Source: Candidatus Phoenicimicrobium oleiphilum
GTDB lineage: Bacteria > Atribacterota > Phoenicimicrobiia > Phoenicimicrobiales > Phoenicimicrobiaceae
DNA: 14,714 bases
Reading direction: 5' to 3'
Assembly: GCA_039638295.1 (NCBI GenBank)
Contig: JBDIWJ010000040.1
Location: 1 to 14,714, forward strand
Shown here: positions 1 to 8,168 of the stretch, one piece after another
Layout of the letters: each line of letters begins with the position of its first letter
Numbering within the stretch: position 1 is the stretch's first letter
Position numbers and translations under genes: made by a program
The notes under the pieces: generated by a model
What the model was told of the DNA's origin: nothing
Seen by the model: the letters and a program-made list of their open reading frames with translations, nothing else
Databases searched by the model: none

Positions 1-93
1 AGAAGGAATAGAAAAAAGATGATATAGTGAAATGTTTTTTGTGGCGGAAAGCCGTACTACACAAGGAATTTCAAATAAAGTGGCGAAGTTGAC

Positions 94-122
94 TTGACAG
101 AAATATTTTTTTATTTTATAAT
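94..122 (+). promoter_or_regulatory. sigma70/sigmaA promoter of the rrf2 cluster
   Basis: TTGACA (94-99), 17-nt spacer, TATAAT (117-122): exact consensus, 47 nt upstream of the ATG at 170. Confidence 0.9.
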
Positions 123-154
123 TACTACTAACATAATAGTAAAAGTAGTAATTA
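119..154. promoter_or_regulatory. Dyad operator, probable Rrf2 autoregulatory site
   Basis: Perfect 11-bp inverted repeat TAATTACTACT (119-129) - N14 - AGTAGTAATTA (144-154) overlapping the -10 element and the expected transcription start; Rrf2 regulators commonly autorepress at AT-rich dyads. Confidence 0.7.
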
Positions 155-169
155 AGTGAGGTGAATTTT

Positions 170-586
170 ATGCGACTCTCTACTAGGGCAAGATATGGTA
201 CCAGGTTGATGTTGGAATTAGCCTTAAATTTTAATAAGGGAACTATCTTTTTAAAGGATATTGCCGAAAAGGAAGAAATTTCCGAAAAATATCTAAGTCA
301 CCTGGTTATCTCCCTTAAGGCAAGCGGTCTGATAAGCTCTTCTCGAGGAGCTCATGGAGGATATCGGTTAGCTAAACATCCTTCTCAGATAACTCTCAAA
401 GAGATTGTGCAAATTCTTGAAGGTGGGATAAGTTTTGTAGAATGTGTAAAAAATCCTGATATTTGTCCACGAGTTTCCAAATGTGCTACTCGCGGTATCT
501 GGGAAAAATTAGATGAAAAAATTTCCGATGAACTTAGCTCTATTACCTTGGAGGATTTAGCAAATTCGCAAAAAGAAATAAACTGA
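170..586 (+). CDS. Rrf2 family transcriptional regulator (IscR-like, three Cys)
   Basis: MRLSTRARYG N-terminus, wHTH with SRGAHGGYRL, C-x6-C-x5-C (CVKNPDICPRVSKC). Start placed at ATG 170 because GAGGTG (158-163) is an SD; the ORF track starts at 161. Confidence 0.93.
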   Translation: MRLSTRARYGTRLMLELALNFNKGTIFLKDIAEKEEISEKYLSHLVISLKASGLISSSRGAHGGYRLAKHPSQITLKEIVQILEGGISFVECVKNPDICPRVSKCATRGIWEKLDEKISDELSSITLEDLANSQKEIN

Positions 587-638
587 TTATTGCTATTTAT
601 TATATTTTATAGGTTTTCAGATGAAAGAGGTGAAATTT

Positions 639-953
639 ATGAAAGTATTGATTATGATTTTTATCATATTATTTATTTTCCCAGTTCTTGCATTTGCTGA
701 TGTAGAAGGCTGTGGATTAACCTGGGGGTGGAATCAAATGATGAATTTTGGATATAGAGGAGGAATCTTTATGATGTTAATGTTTGCAATTGTTATTGGA
801 TTGATAATTTATTTTATCATCACCAACACAAAATCTAATAGATATACAGGGGGATTTAGCGAAACTTCCTTAGATATTATTAAAGAACGATTTGCAAAGG
901 GAGAAATTACCCAAGAAGAATTTAACAAAATTAAGAAAGCATTGAGGAGTTAA
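639..953 (+). CDS. SHOCT domain membrane protein with signal peptide
   Basis: Signal-like N-terminus ending AFA-D, a G/W/M-rich segment (WGWNQMMNFGYRGG), one TM helix, and C-terminal SHOCT (LDIIKERFAKGEITQEEFNKIK). SD GAGGTG (627-632) favours ATG 639. Confidence 0.85.
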   Translation: MKVLIMIFIILFIFPVLAFADVEGCGLTWGWNQMMNFGYRGGIFMMLMFAIVIGLIIYFIITNTKSNRYTGGFSETSLDIIKERFAKGEITQEEFNKIKKALRS

Positions 954-960
954 TCAATTT

Positions 961-993
961 CTTGCTTTATACAGAATGGAAGCAAGTTATAAT
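961..993 (+). promoter_or_regulatory. Candidate internal promoter with dyad upstream of the cysteine synthase and copA genes
   Basis: TTGCTT (962-967), 20-nt spacer, TATAAT (988-993); inverted repeat CTTGCTT (961-967) - N12 - AAGCAAG (980-986). Confidence 0.4.
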
Positions 994-1030
994 ATTAATT
1001 GTGAAATAAACAATTTCTCAGGAGGAAATT

Positions 1031-1939
1031 ATGAATATATTATCAGCTATTGGTAATACACCACTTGTTGGATTAAATAATCTTAATGAGAATTCAAAGA
1101 TAAAAATTTTTGGTAAACTTGAAGGGAGTAATCCCGGCGGTTCAATCAAAGACCGTCCAGCATATTATATGATAAAAAAGGCAGAGGAGTCAGGGGAACT
1201 TACCAAGGGAAAAACAATAGTTGAGCCTACTTCAGGAAATACTGGAATTGCCCTGGCAATGATAGGTGCAGCAAAAGGATATAAAGTTAAACTTTATATG
1301 CCGGAATGTGTTAGCGTGGAAAGGCGTCGGATTATTGAAGCATTTGGAGCAGAAACAGTGCTAACTCCAGCAGAGGAAGGAACAGATGGCGCTATAAAAA
1401 GAGCTTATCAGCTTGTTACTAAGGAACCAGATAAATATTTTATGCCAAATCAATTTGAAAATGAGAATAATGTCCTTGCTCATTATGAGACTACGGGACC
1501 AGAAATATTTTCGCAAACTGAGGGAGAAATAGATTTATTGGTAGCCGGAATAGGAACGAGTGGAACCTTAATGGGAATAGGTAGATATCTCAAAGAGAAG
1601 AAGCCGCAAGTTAAAGTGATAGGGGTTGAGCCTACCATAGGACATAAAATTCAGGGACTTAAAAATATGCAAGAGGCAATTGTACCTAAAATATTCCATG
1701 CTGAGGAATTAGATGATAAGGTTACGATTGAGGATGACCTGGCTTTTGAGACCACCAGATTACTTGCTATCCAAGAAGGTCTTTTTGTAGGTATGTCTAG
1801 CGGAGCAGCTGTTGCTGGAGCTTTGCAGGTAGCTAAAAAAATGCATTCTGGAATAATTGTGGTAATTTTACCTGATAGAGGAGATAGATATTTAAGCACT
1901 ACCTTATTCCGTTCTACCTGTGGCAAGTGTCCTCCTTAG
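1031..1939 (+). CDS. cysM: PLP-dependent cysteine synthase (CysK/CysM family) with C-terminal CxxCPP
   Basis: IGNTPLV, KLEGSNPGGSIKDR (PLP lysine), EPTSGNTG, GIGTSGT, PDRGDRYLST; SD AGGAGG. CysM versus CysK subtype is tentative. Confidence 0.9.
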   Translation: MNILSAIGNTPLVGLNNLNENSKIKIFGKLEGSNPGGSIKDRPAYYMIKKAEESGELTKGKTIVEPTSGNTGIALAMIGAAKGYKVKLYMPECVSVERRRIIEAFGAETVLTPAEEGTDGAIKRAYQLVTKEPDKYFMPNQFENENNVLAHYETTGPEIFSQTEGEIDLLVAGIGTSGTLMGIGRYLKEKKPQVKVIGVEPTIGHKIQGLKNMQEAIVPKIFHAEELDDKVTIEDDLAFETTRLLAIQEGLFVGMSSGAAVAGALQVAKKMHSGIIVVILPDRGDRYLSTTLFRSTCGKCPP

Positions 1940-2018
1940 AATACAAAAAATATTTATGAGATTATTTGAATAGAAAAAAATTGTTTAATCGTGGGAGAAA
2001 TTAGAAAAAGATAAAAAT

Positions 2019-4745
2019 ATGACTTTAAAAAATACTAGAAAAATTGAAATTAATATTTTAGGAATGACCTGTGCAGGGTGTGTTGCTACCCTAGAGAAAG
2101 CCTTAGATTCCTTGAATGGTGTACTGGATGTACGGGTAAATCTAGATAGTGAAAGTGTGCTAATAGAATATGATTTTGCCAGAATTAAATATCTCGATTT
2201 AGAAAAAGCTATAAGGGAAACTGGATATCAGGCTGTTAATGAAAAAGTGATTATAAAAGTGGGAGAAATGACCTGTGCATCTTGTGCCAAAATCATTGAA
2301 GAATCTCTTCTAAAATTGGAAGGAATAACCAAAGCCAATGTGGATTTAGCCGGGGAAAAAGTACAGGTGGTTTATAATCCCGATCTTGTCTCCCCTATAA
2401 TTATGAAAAAGACCATTGAAGATAGTGGCTATAAATTTTTAGGGATAGAAGGGGAAGAAACAGAAGACCTAGCAGAAGTTATTAGAGAGAAAGATTTAAA
2501 AATAAAACGTAAACGAATTATTGTTGGACTAACTACCGGGATTTTTTTAATGCTTCTTATGTATGTCCCCTTAAACCTACCTATTACTTTGGCTTATCTT
2601 ATGTTTATTGTTTCTACCCCTGCCTTCGTTTATATTAGCTATCCTATTTTTGTAGCTGCTTATCATTCATTAAAGAATAAGCATTTAAATATGGATGTAA
2701 TGTATGCGATGGGGATTGGAGTTGCTTTTGGAACAAGCGTCTTAGCTACTTTAAAGATTTTACTTTCTTCTGATTTTTTATTTTACGAAACGGCAGTATT
2801 TTTAGCTACTTTTCTTACTATGGGACGTTATTTGGAAGCGAAGGCAAAAGGGAAAACTTCGGAAGCGATCAAAAAATTAATAGGTTTGCAACCAAAAACC
2901 GCTGCTGTTTTAAAACCTCAAAATATAGATATAGAAATTTTATATTTTAGAGATTGTCCGAACTATAATAAGGCAGCAGAACAAGTAAAAGATACTCTAA
3001 AGAAGTTGAACATTTCTGTTCCAATCAAATTAACAGAAGTAACTAAAGAGAATTTCAAAGATTATTCCTTTTACGGATCGCCAACTATTTTAGTGAACAA
3101 AAGTGATATAGAAGGGAAAATTAATAAATCATTTGGATGTAGAGTTTACACTTATAATAAGAAAATCTTTGGATATCCACATAAGGATATACTGATTAGT
3201 AAATTACTTTCCATTTTTGAAGAGCAGGAAATGCCCGTAAAAAAGGTAACAATAAATAATATATTAATAGTTAAACCAGGCGAAAAAATTCCGGTAGATG
3301 GGGAAGTTATTGAAGGTGAAAGTTATGTAGACGAATCAATGATTACCGGTGAATCTATTCCGGTTTTAAAAAAGAATGGTGATAAAATCATAGGAGGAAC
3401 AATTAATAAAAATGGAGTGATCAGATTTAAAGCAACCAGGGTAGGAAGAGATACGATGTTGGCTCAAATTATTAAACTGGTAAAAGAAGCACAGAGATCA
3501 AAACCCCCTGTACAAAGAATGGTTGATAAAGTAGTAAGTTATTTTATTCCGGTGGTATTACTAATTGCACTATCTTCTTTCTTGATTTGGTATTTTATTC
3601 TGAATAGTAGTTTTTTATTCGCGTTAACTAATTTGATTTCTGTTCTGGTGGTTGCTTGTCCTTGTGCACTTGGTCTGGCTACCCCTACCGCTATTACGGT
3701 AGGGGTAGGCAGAGGAGCAGAACTTGGCATCCTGGTCAAGAATGGAGAAGCCTTGGAAAGATCAGAAAAATTAACCACTATTATATTTGATAAAACCGGA
3801 ACCCTTACCAAAGGCAAACCCGAAGTTACAGATATTATAGGGATAACAATGGACGAAGAAAGGCTTTTAAGCTTAACTGCTAGTGTGGAAAAGAATTCTA
3901 AGCATCCTTTAGCAGAAGCCATAGTAAAAAAATCAGCAGAGAGGGATATAAAGCTTTTTAGTGGTAATAATTTTGATACTTTTGAGGGGAAGGGTGTAGC
4001 AGCTTTGATAGAAGGCAAGGAAATATTGATAGGTAATAGAACTCTTCTAAAAGAGAGAAATATTTCCTGGCCTGAATCGGTAGAAAAAAACATCTTAGAT
4101 TTCGAAAAACAGGGTAAAACAGTAATATTGATTGCTTTAAATCATCAGATAGCTGGTATTATAGCTATTGCTGATACTTTAAAAGAAACCACCAAAGAAG
4201 CCCTAGAAAGATTTAAAGCGATGAACCTCAATATTTATATGCTTACCGGTGATAATATTAGAACTGCTCGAGCCATTGCTGAACAACTTGGAATAGTAAA
4301 TGTATTAGCCCAAGTTTTACCCCAAGAGAAAGTTAAAGAAGTAAAAAGACTGCAAAAAAAGGGAGAAATAGTTGCTTTTGTAGGTGATGGGATTAATGAT
4401 GCCCCAGCTTTGACTCAGGCGGACGTTGGTATTGCCTTAGGTGGTGGTACAGATGTGGCGATAGAAAGTGGAGATATAGTACTTATTAAGGATGATCTTT
4501 TGGATGCAGTTGCAGCCTTACAATTAAGCAGAAAAGTGATGTTAAGAATTAAACAGAATATATTTTGGGCTTTTGCTTATAATACAGCTTTAATTCCAGT
4601 AGCTGCGGGAATATTATACCCCTTTTTAGGAGTTATTTTTAAGCCTGAGTTAGCGGGATTAGCTATGGCTGCTAGCTCAATTACGGTAATCAGTCTTTCA
4701 TTAATGTTGAGGAAATATGTTCCTCCAGTAAAAAATATTATGTGA
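2019..4745 (+). CDS. copA: Cu(I)-translocating P1B-1 ATPase with two HMA domains and an inserted thioredoxin-like domain
   Basis: HMA motifs GMTCAGC and EMTCASC; TGES; CPCALGLATP; DKTGTLT; HP; TGDN; GDGINDAP; transmembrane YN and MAASS motifs typical of Cu+/Ag+ exporters. Confidence 0.95.
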   Translation: MTLKNTRKIEINILGMTCAGCVATLEKALDSLNGVLDVRVNLDSESVLIEYDFARIKYLDLEKAIRETGYQAVNEKVIIKVGEMTCASCAKIIEESLLKLEGITKANVDLAGEKVQVVYNPDLVSPIIMKKTIEDSGYKFLGIEGEETEDLAEVIREKDLKIKRKRIIVGLTTGIFLMLLMYVPLNLPITLAYLMFIVSTPAFVYISYPIFVAAYHSLKNKHLNMDVMYAMGIGVAFGTSVLATLKILLSSDFLFYETAVFLATFLTMGRYLEAKAKGKTSEAIKKLIGLQPKTAAVLKPQNIDIEILYFRDCPNYNKAAEQVKDTLKKLNISVPIKLTEVTKENFKDYSFYGSPTILVNKSDIEGKINKSFGCRVYTYNKKIFGYPHKDILISKLLSIFEEQEMPVKKVTINNILIVKPGEKIPVDGEVIEGESYVDESMITGESIPVLKKNGDKIIGGTINKNGVIRFKATRVGRDTMLAQIIKLVKEAQRSKPPVQRMVDKVVSYFIPVVLLIALSSFLIWYFILNSSFLFALTNLISVLVVACPCALGLATPTAITVGVGRGAELGILVKNGEALERSEKLTTIIFDKTGTLTKGKPEVTDIIGITMDEERLLSLTASVEKNSKHPLAEAIVKKSAERDIKLFSGNNFDTFEGKGVAALIEGKEILIGNRTLLKERNISWPESVEKNILDFEKQGKTVILIALNHQIAGIIAIADTLKETTKEALERFKAMNLNIYMLTGDNIRTARAIAEQLGIVNVLAQVLPQEKVKEVKRLQKKGEIVAFVGDGINDAPALTQADVGIALGGGTDVAIESGDIVLIKDDLLDAVAALQLSRKVMLRIKQNIFWAFAYNTALIPVAAGILYPFLGVIFKPELAGLAMAASSITVISLSLMLRKYVPPVKNIM
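2916..3218 (+). other. In-frame ~101-aa insertion in CopA (thioredoxin/glutaredoxin-like fold)
   Basis: Separates LQPKTAAVLK from EEQEMP..KPGEKIPVDG, which are nearly contiguous in typical CopA; contains ILYFRDCPNY, GSPTILVN and GCRVY. Confidence 0.8.
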
Positions 4746-4761
4746 AGGGGAGGTGAGTAAA

Positions 4762-4944
4762 ATGGCTATTGACCCAGTCTGCAAAATGGAAGTAGATGAA
4801 AAGACTGCAAAGTTTAAGAGTGAGTATCATGGAAAAAACTATTATTTTTGTGCTCCAGGATGCAAGAAAAAATTTGAAGATAATCCAGAAAAATTTATTG
4901 ACAAAGAAGAGAAACGCCAACCACCAACGCATGGATATTGTTAA
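4762..4944 (+). CDS. Stand-alone YHS domain protein (putative copper binder)
   Basis: DPVCKMEVD...YHGKNYYFCAPGCKKKFEDNPEKF with a C-terminal HGYC; SD GGAGGTG (4749-4755) favours ATG 4762. Confidence 0.9.
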   Translation: MAIDPVCKMEVDEKTAKFKSEYHGKNYYFCAPGCKKKFEDNPEKFIDKEEKRQPPTHGYC

Positions 4945-5070
4945 TTTAAGATTAGTATGAACAAAAAATATTTGATTAAGAAAAAATTAATCGTTAATAT
5001 TATATAGTTTCTAACCCTTGATGAATAATGAATTTATATATAAGCTGGGTGTTTTATTTTTATGTTAAAT

Positions 5071-5137
5071 TTCTATTTATTTAATAGAATAAGTAGTATA
5101 ACATAAATATGTATTAAGTTAGATGTTATGACTATTT
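5071..5137. promoter_or_regulatory. Cluster of dyads upstream of the lipoprotein/ABC genes (candidate operator)
   Basis: TTCTATT-N5-AATAGAA (5071-5089); ATAACAT (5098-5104) - N18 - ATGTTAT (5123-5129); overlapping ACATA-AA-TATGT (5101-5112). Very AT-rich, so chance matches are possible. Confidence 0.3.
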
Positions 5138-5156
5138 TGTATAAAAAGGAGAAAAT

Positions 5157-5549
5157 ATGAGAAAATCAAAAAATATTAAACTAATCGGTGTAGCACTAAT
5201 TTTTGTACTTGTTATATTGGGTATTTCAGGTTGCAGTGGTAATAATAACGATAATGGCGAAAGATATGGCGTTAACATTACTGAAAAAGAAGTTGTCAGT
5301 GTAAAAGATATTTATACTAATCCAGATGAATATCTTGGTAAAACCATCAGAGTAGAAGGGGAAATTGTGCGTGAATGTTCTTCAGGATGTTGGTTTTTTT
5401 TAGAAGATGATACAGGGACAATTTTTATAGATATTAATCCTTCCGGCCTTAGCATTCCTCCTAAGGTGGGAGAAAAAGCAATAGTAGAAGGTAAGCCTGA
5501 GAATAAGAATGGAAGAATAATCATTGTCGGAAAGGGAGTTGAGTTTTAA
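5157..5549 (+). CDS. Lipoprotein, probable OB-fold, with CxxxC motif
   Basis: Basic N-terminus, hydrophobic stretch, lipobox ISG-C26; beta-rich GKTIRVEGEIVREC74SSGC78WFFLED...VEGK pattern; SD AAGGAG. Confidence 0.8.
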   Translation: MRKSKNIKLIGVALIFVLVILGISGCSGNNNDNGERYGVNITEKEVVSVKDIYTNPDEYLGKTIRVEGEIVRECSSGCWFFLEDDTGTIFIDINPSGLSIPPKVGEKAIVEGKPENKNGRIIIVGKGVEF

Positions 5550-6733
5550 TGAAATTCTTTATTTTGGCTTATAAGAATTTAAGGCGGAGGAAATTTCGTT
5601 CCTTTTTAACCATTGGTGGAGTAGCAGTAGCAGTAGCAGTTTTAGTCAGTCTTTTAGGTTTTAATGCTGGGTATCAAGAGGCATTAACCTCTGATGTTGA
5701 TAAAATGGGATATCATGTTGTGGTAACTGCCAAGGGATGCCCCTATGAGGCAGCAACTATGATACTTAATGGAGAAGCAGGTCTCAGGTTTATAGATGAG
5801 GATATTTATAAACAAATAACTGGTGACTCTGGTATTGATAAAATCACACCATTTCTTGCCTCTTTAGCCTATGATCCCCAAAAAATGGATGGCAAAGGTG
5901 GTTTTACTAACTTTCTGGGAATTGAAAAAAGTTACCTGCAACTGAAACCAGATGCTGAATTTCTAGCTGGAGAGTGGTTTTCGGGGGACGATGTAAATGA
6001 GGTAATTTTAGGATATGATGCAGCAGAATCAGAACAAAAGTCAGTTGGTGATAAAATATTCATACCCGGAAAAGATATTGCATTTACCATAGTCGGAGTT
6101 TTTAAAAGAACAGCTACCCAGGAAGATGGAGTAATATTTTTACCTTTGAAAACAGCTCAGAAAATATTTGATGCTGAGGGAAAATTAACCGGTATCGGCA
6201 TTAAACTAAAACAAATAGAAAAGATTTCAGAATTTGAAGAGAGACTTTATCCCATTGCCAGTATTCAGGTAATAAGTATGAGCCAGGTTAAAGGGACAAT
6301 TTTGAATTTGGTAAATTCAGCTAAAATATTGATTATGTCTGTTGCCTTTATCGCAATATTTGTAGCTATTATCGGGGTAGTTAATACTATTTTAATGAGT
6401 GTCTTTGAACGAACACAAGAAATAGGCATTATGAAAGCAATAGGAGCTTCAAAGTTTGATATCTTTAGGCTCATTTGGATAGAAACTTTTATTGTTTGTA
6501 CTTTAGGAGGTATCTTGGGGTCAATTATTGCCATTTTGGGTGGAAATTTGGTTGAACTTTTAGTGAGGAAGGTAATGCCTTATGCTCCGGGAGGTAAATT
6601 GCTTTTGATTACACCTGATCTGCTGGCCTACTCTTTCCTGGGAGTAATAATTGTAGGAATAATTTCTGGATTACTTCCGGCTTTAAAGGCAGCTTCAATG
6701 AGGCCAATTGAAGTAATAAGGAGTGGAGAATGA
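5549..6733 (+). CDS. ABC transporter permease, MacB/FtsX/LolE family
   Basis: NLRRRKFRSFLTIGGVAVAV, TM1, large extracytoplasmic domain, SVFERTQEIGIMKAIGA, three more TMs, LPALKAASMRPIEVIR; TAATG overlap with the upstream gene. Confidence 0.93.
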   Translation: MKFFILAYKNLRRRKFRSFLTIGGVAVAVAVLVSLLGFNAGYQEALTSDVDKMGYHVVVTAKGCPYEAATMILNGEAGLRFIDEDIYKQITGDSGIDKITPFLASLAYDPQKMDGKGGFTNFLGIEKSYLQLKPDAEFLAGEWFSGDDVNEVILGYDAAESEQKSVGDKIFIPGKDIAFTIVGVFKRTATQEDGVIFLPLKTAQKIFDAEGKLTGIGIKLKQIEKISEFEERLYPIASIQVISMSQVKGTILNLVNSAKILIMSVAFIAIFVAIIGVVNTILMSVFERTQEIGIMKAIGASKFDIFRLIWIETFIVCTLGGILGSIIAILGGNLVELLVRKVMPYAPGGKLLLITPDLLAYSFLGVIIVGIISGLLPALKAASMRPIEVIRSGE

Positions 6734-7440
6734 TGGAAGAGTTGGTCATCAAGGCGATAAAATTAAAGAAACAATATTCTTCTGTATCCCAGAGAATAAC
6801 AGCTTTAAAGGAAATAGATATAGAAATAAAAAGAGGTGAGTTTGTGGCTTTAATGGGCCCATCTGGAGCAGGGAAGACTACCTTTTTGAATTTAATCGGC
6901 TGCTTGGATAAACCTACTTCAGGAATTTTAAACATCTTGGGTAGTAATACTATAGGATTTAATGAGGAAAAACTCAACCGTATTAGAGCGGAAAAAATTG
7001 GATTCGTGTTTGAAGATTTTTTCTTAATTTCATCCTTGAATTCATTAGAAAATGTACAATTACCCCTGCTTTTTGCGGGAAATTATAAATGTAAAAATAA
7101 GGATAAAGCAAAAGATCTTTTAAAAAAAATGGGATTGAGTCATAGATTGTCTCATTATCCCAATGAGTTAAGCGGTGGAGAATTACAACGAGTAGCAGTA
7201 GCCAGGGCTTTAGTTAATAATCCTGATATCCTTCTTGCGGATGAGCCTACTGGTAATTTGGACACCAGGAATGCACATGGACTTTTTAAACTTTTTCGAA
7301 ATCTTAATCAGGAAGAGGGATTAACCATTGTAGTTGCTACCCACAATGTCAAATTAGCTTATTTAGCGGACAGAGTTATTCATCTGAATGATGGGAAAAT
7401 AGTACAAGACGAAAGGTTGGTAAGGCAAGATGGAAGATAA
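6730..7440 (+). CDS. ABC transporter ATP-binding protein 1 (LolD/MacB-like)
   Basis: Walker A GPSGAGKT, LSGGE, LLADEPTGNLD, ATH; Q-loop reads FVFE; ATGA overlap with the permease. Confidence 0.93.
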   Translation: MMEELVIKAIKLKKQYSSVSQRITALKEIDIEIKRGEFVALMGPSGAGKTTFLNLIGCLDKPTSGILNILGSNTIGFNEEKLNRIRAEKIGFVFEDFFLISSLNSLENVQLPLLFAGNYKCKNKDKAKDLLKKMGLSHRLSHYPNELSGGELQRVAVARALVNNPDILLADEPTGNLDTRNAHGLFKLFRNLNQEEGLTIVVATHNVKLAYLADRVIHLNDGKIVQDERLVRQDGR

Positions 7441-8125
7441 GGTAATTCTGGAAGCGAAAAATTTGAAAAAATACTATAGACGTGGTTCGGAAATTGTCAA
7501 AGCACTCAATGGAGTAGATTTTAAAATCAAAGAGGGTGAGATTGTTTCAATTGTGGGACCCTCCGGTTCAGGAAAGACCACTTTAATGAACCTGATTGGT
7601 TGCCTGGATAGAGCTACCTCAGGGAGCCTAAAAATTGGTAGTATTAATATCACTTCTCTGGATGAGGTTGATCTAGTTAAAATAAGAAGAGGGAATATTG
7701 GATTTGTTTTTCAGAGATTTTACTTAATTCCAACCTTAACTGTTAGAGAAAACTTAGAACTACCTTTAATTTTTGCGAAGAAAAAAATCATAGCGAAAGA
7801 AATATTAGATATTTTAAAAGAAGTAAGACTCGAAGATAAAGCAGAAATTCCAGTGAAATACTTATCCGGTGGAGATAAGCAACGAACAGGTATAGCTCGA
7901 GCTTTGGTTAATAATCCTAAGATACTTATTGCTGATGAACCTACTGGTAGATTAGAGGCAAGAGTGGGAATGCAGATTCTAGAACTTTTCCTGAGATTAA
8001 GCAAAAAAGGTTTGGCAGTATTTATTGCTACCCATGATTTGGAATTAGCCCAGGCTACTCAAAGGATAATTCACCTTCAAGATGGGAGAATCATTACTAA
8101 AGAAAAATCTGATTTATATTATTGA
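7430..8125 (+). CDS. ABC transporter ATP-binding protein 2 (LolD/MacB-like)
   Basis: Walker A GPSGSGKT, FVFQ, LSGGD, LIADEPTGRLE, ATHD; 11-nt overlap with ATPase 1. Confidence 0.93.
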   Translation: MEDKVILEAKNLKKYYRRGSEIVKALNGVDFKIKEGEIVSIVGPSGSGKTTLMNLIGCLDRATSGSLKIGSINITSLDEVDLVKIRRGNIGFVFQRFYLIPTLTVRENLELPLIFAKKKIIAKEILDILKEVRLEDKAEIPVKYLSGGDKQRTGIARALVNNPKILIADEPTGRLEARVGMQILELFLRLSKKGLAVFIATHDLELAQATQRIIHLQDGRIITKEKSDLYY

Positions 8126-8168
8126 TAAAATTTATTTTTAAAAATAAAAAAAGAAAGGAGCAAAAACA

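Noticed and set aside
35..68. Hairpin TTTTTTGTG...CACAAGGAA with an inner GGC-GGAAA-GCC as a terminator or RNA motif
   Set aside because: The stem is short, imperfect and wobble-dependent, and the upstream context is outside the window
2916..3218. Intein or mobile element as the explanation for the CopA insertion
   Set aside because: No N-terminal Cys/Ser, no C-terminal His-Asn followed by Cys/Ser/Thr, and no terminal repeats seen
4957..5007. 16-codon ORF MNKKYLIKKKLIVNII after the YHS gene
   Set aside because: No SD and low complexity; expected by chance in AT-rich DNA
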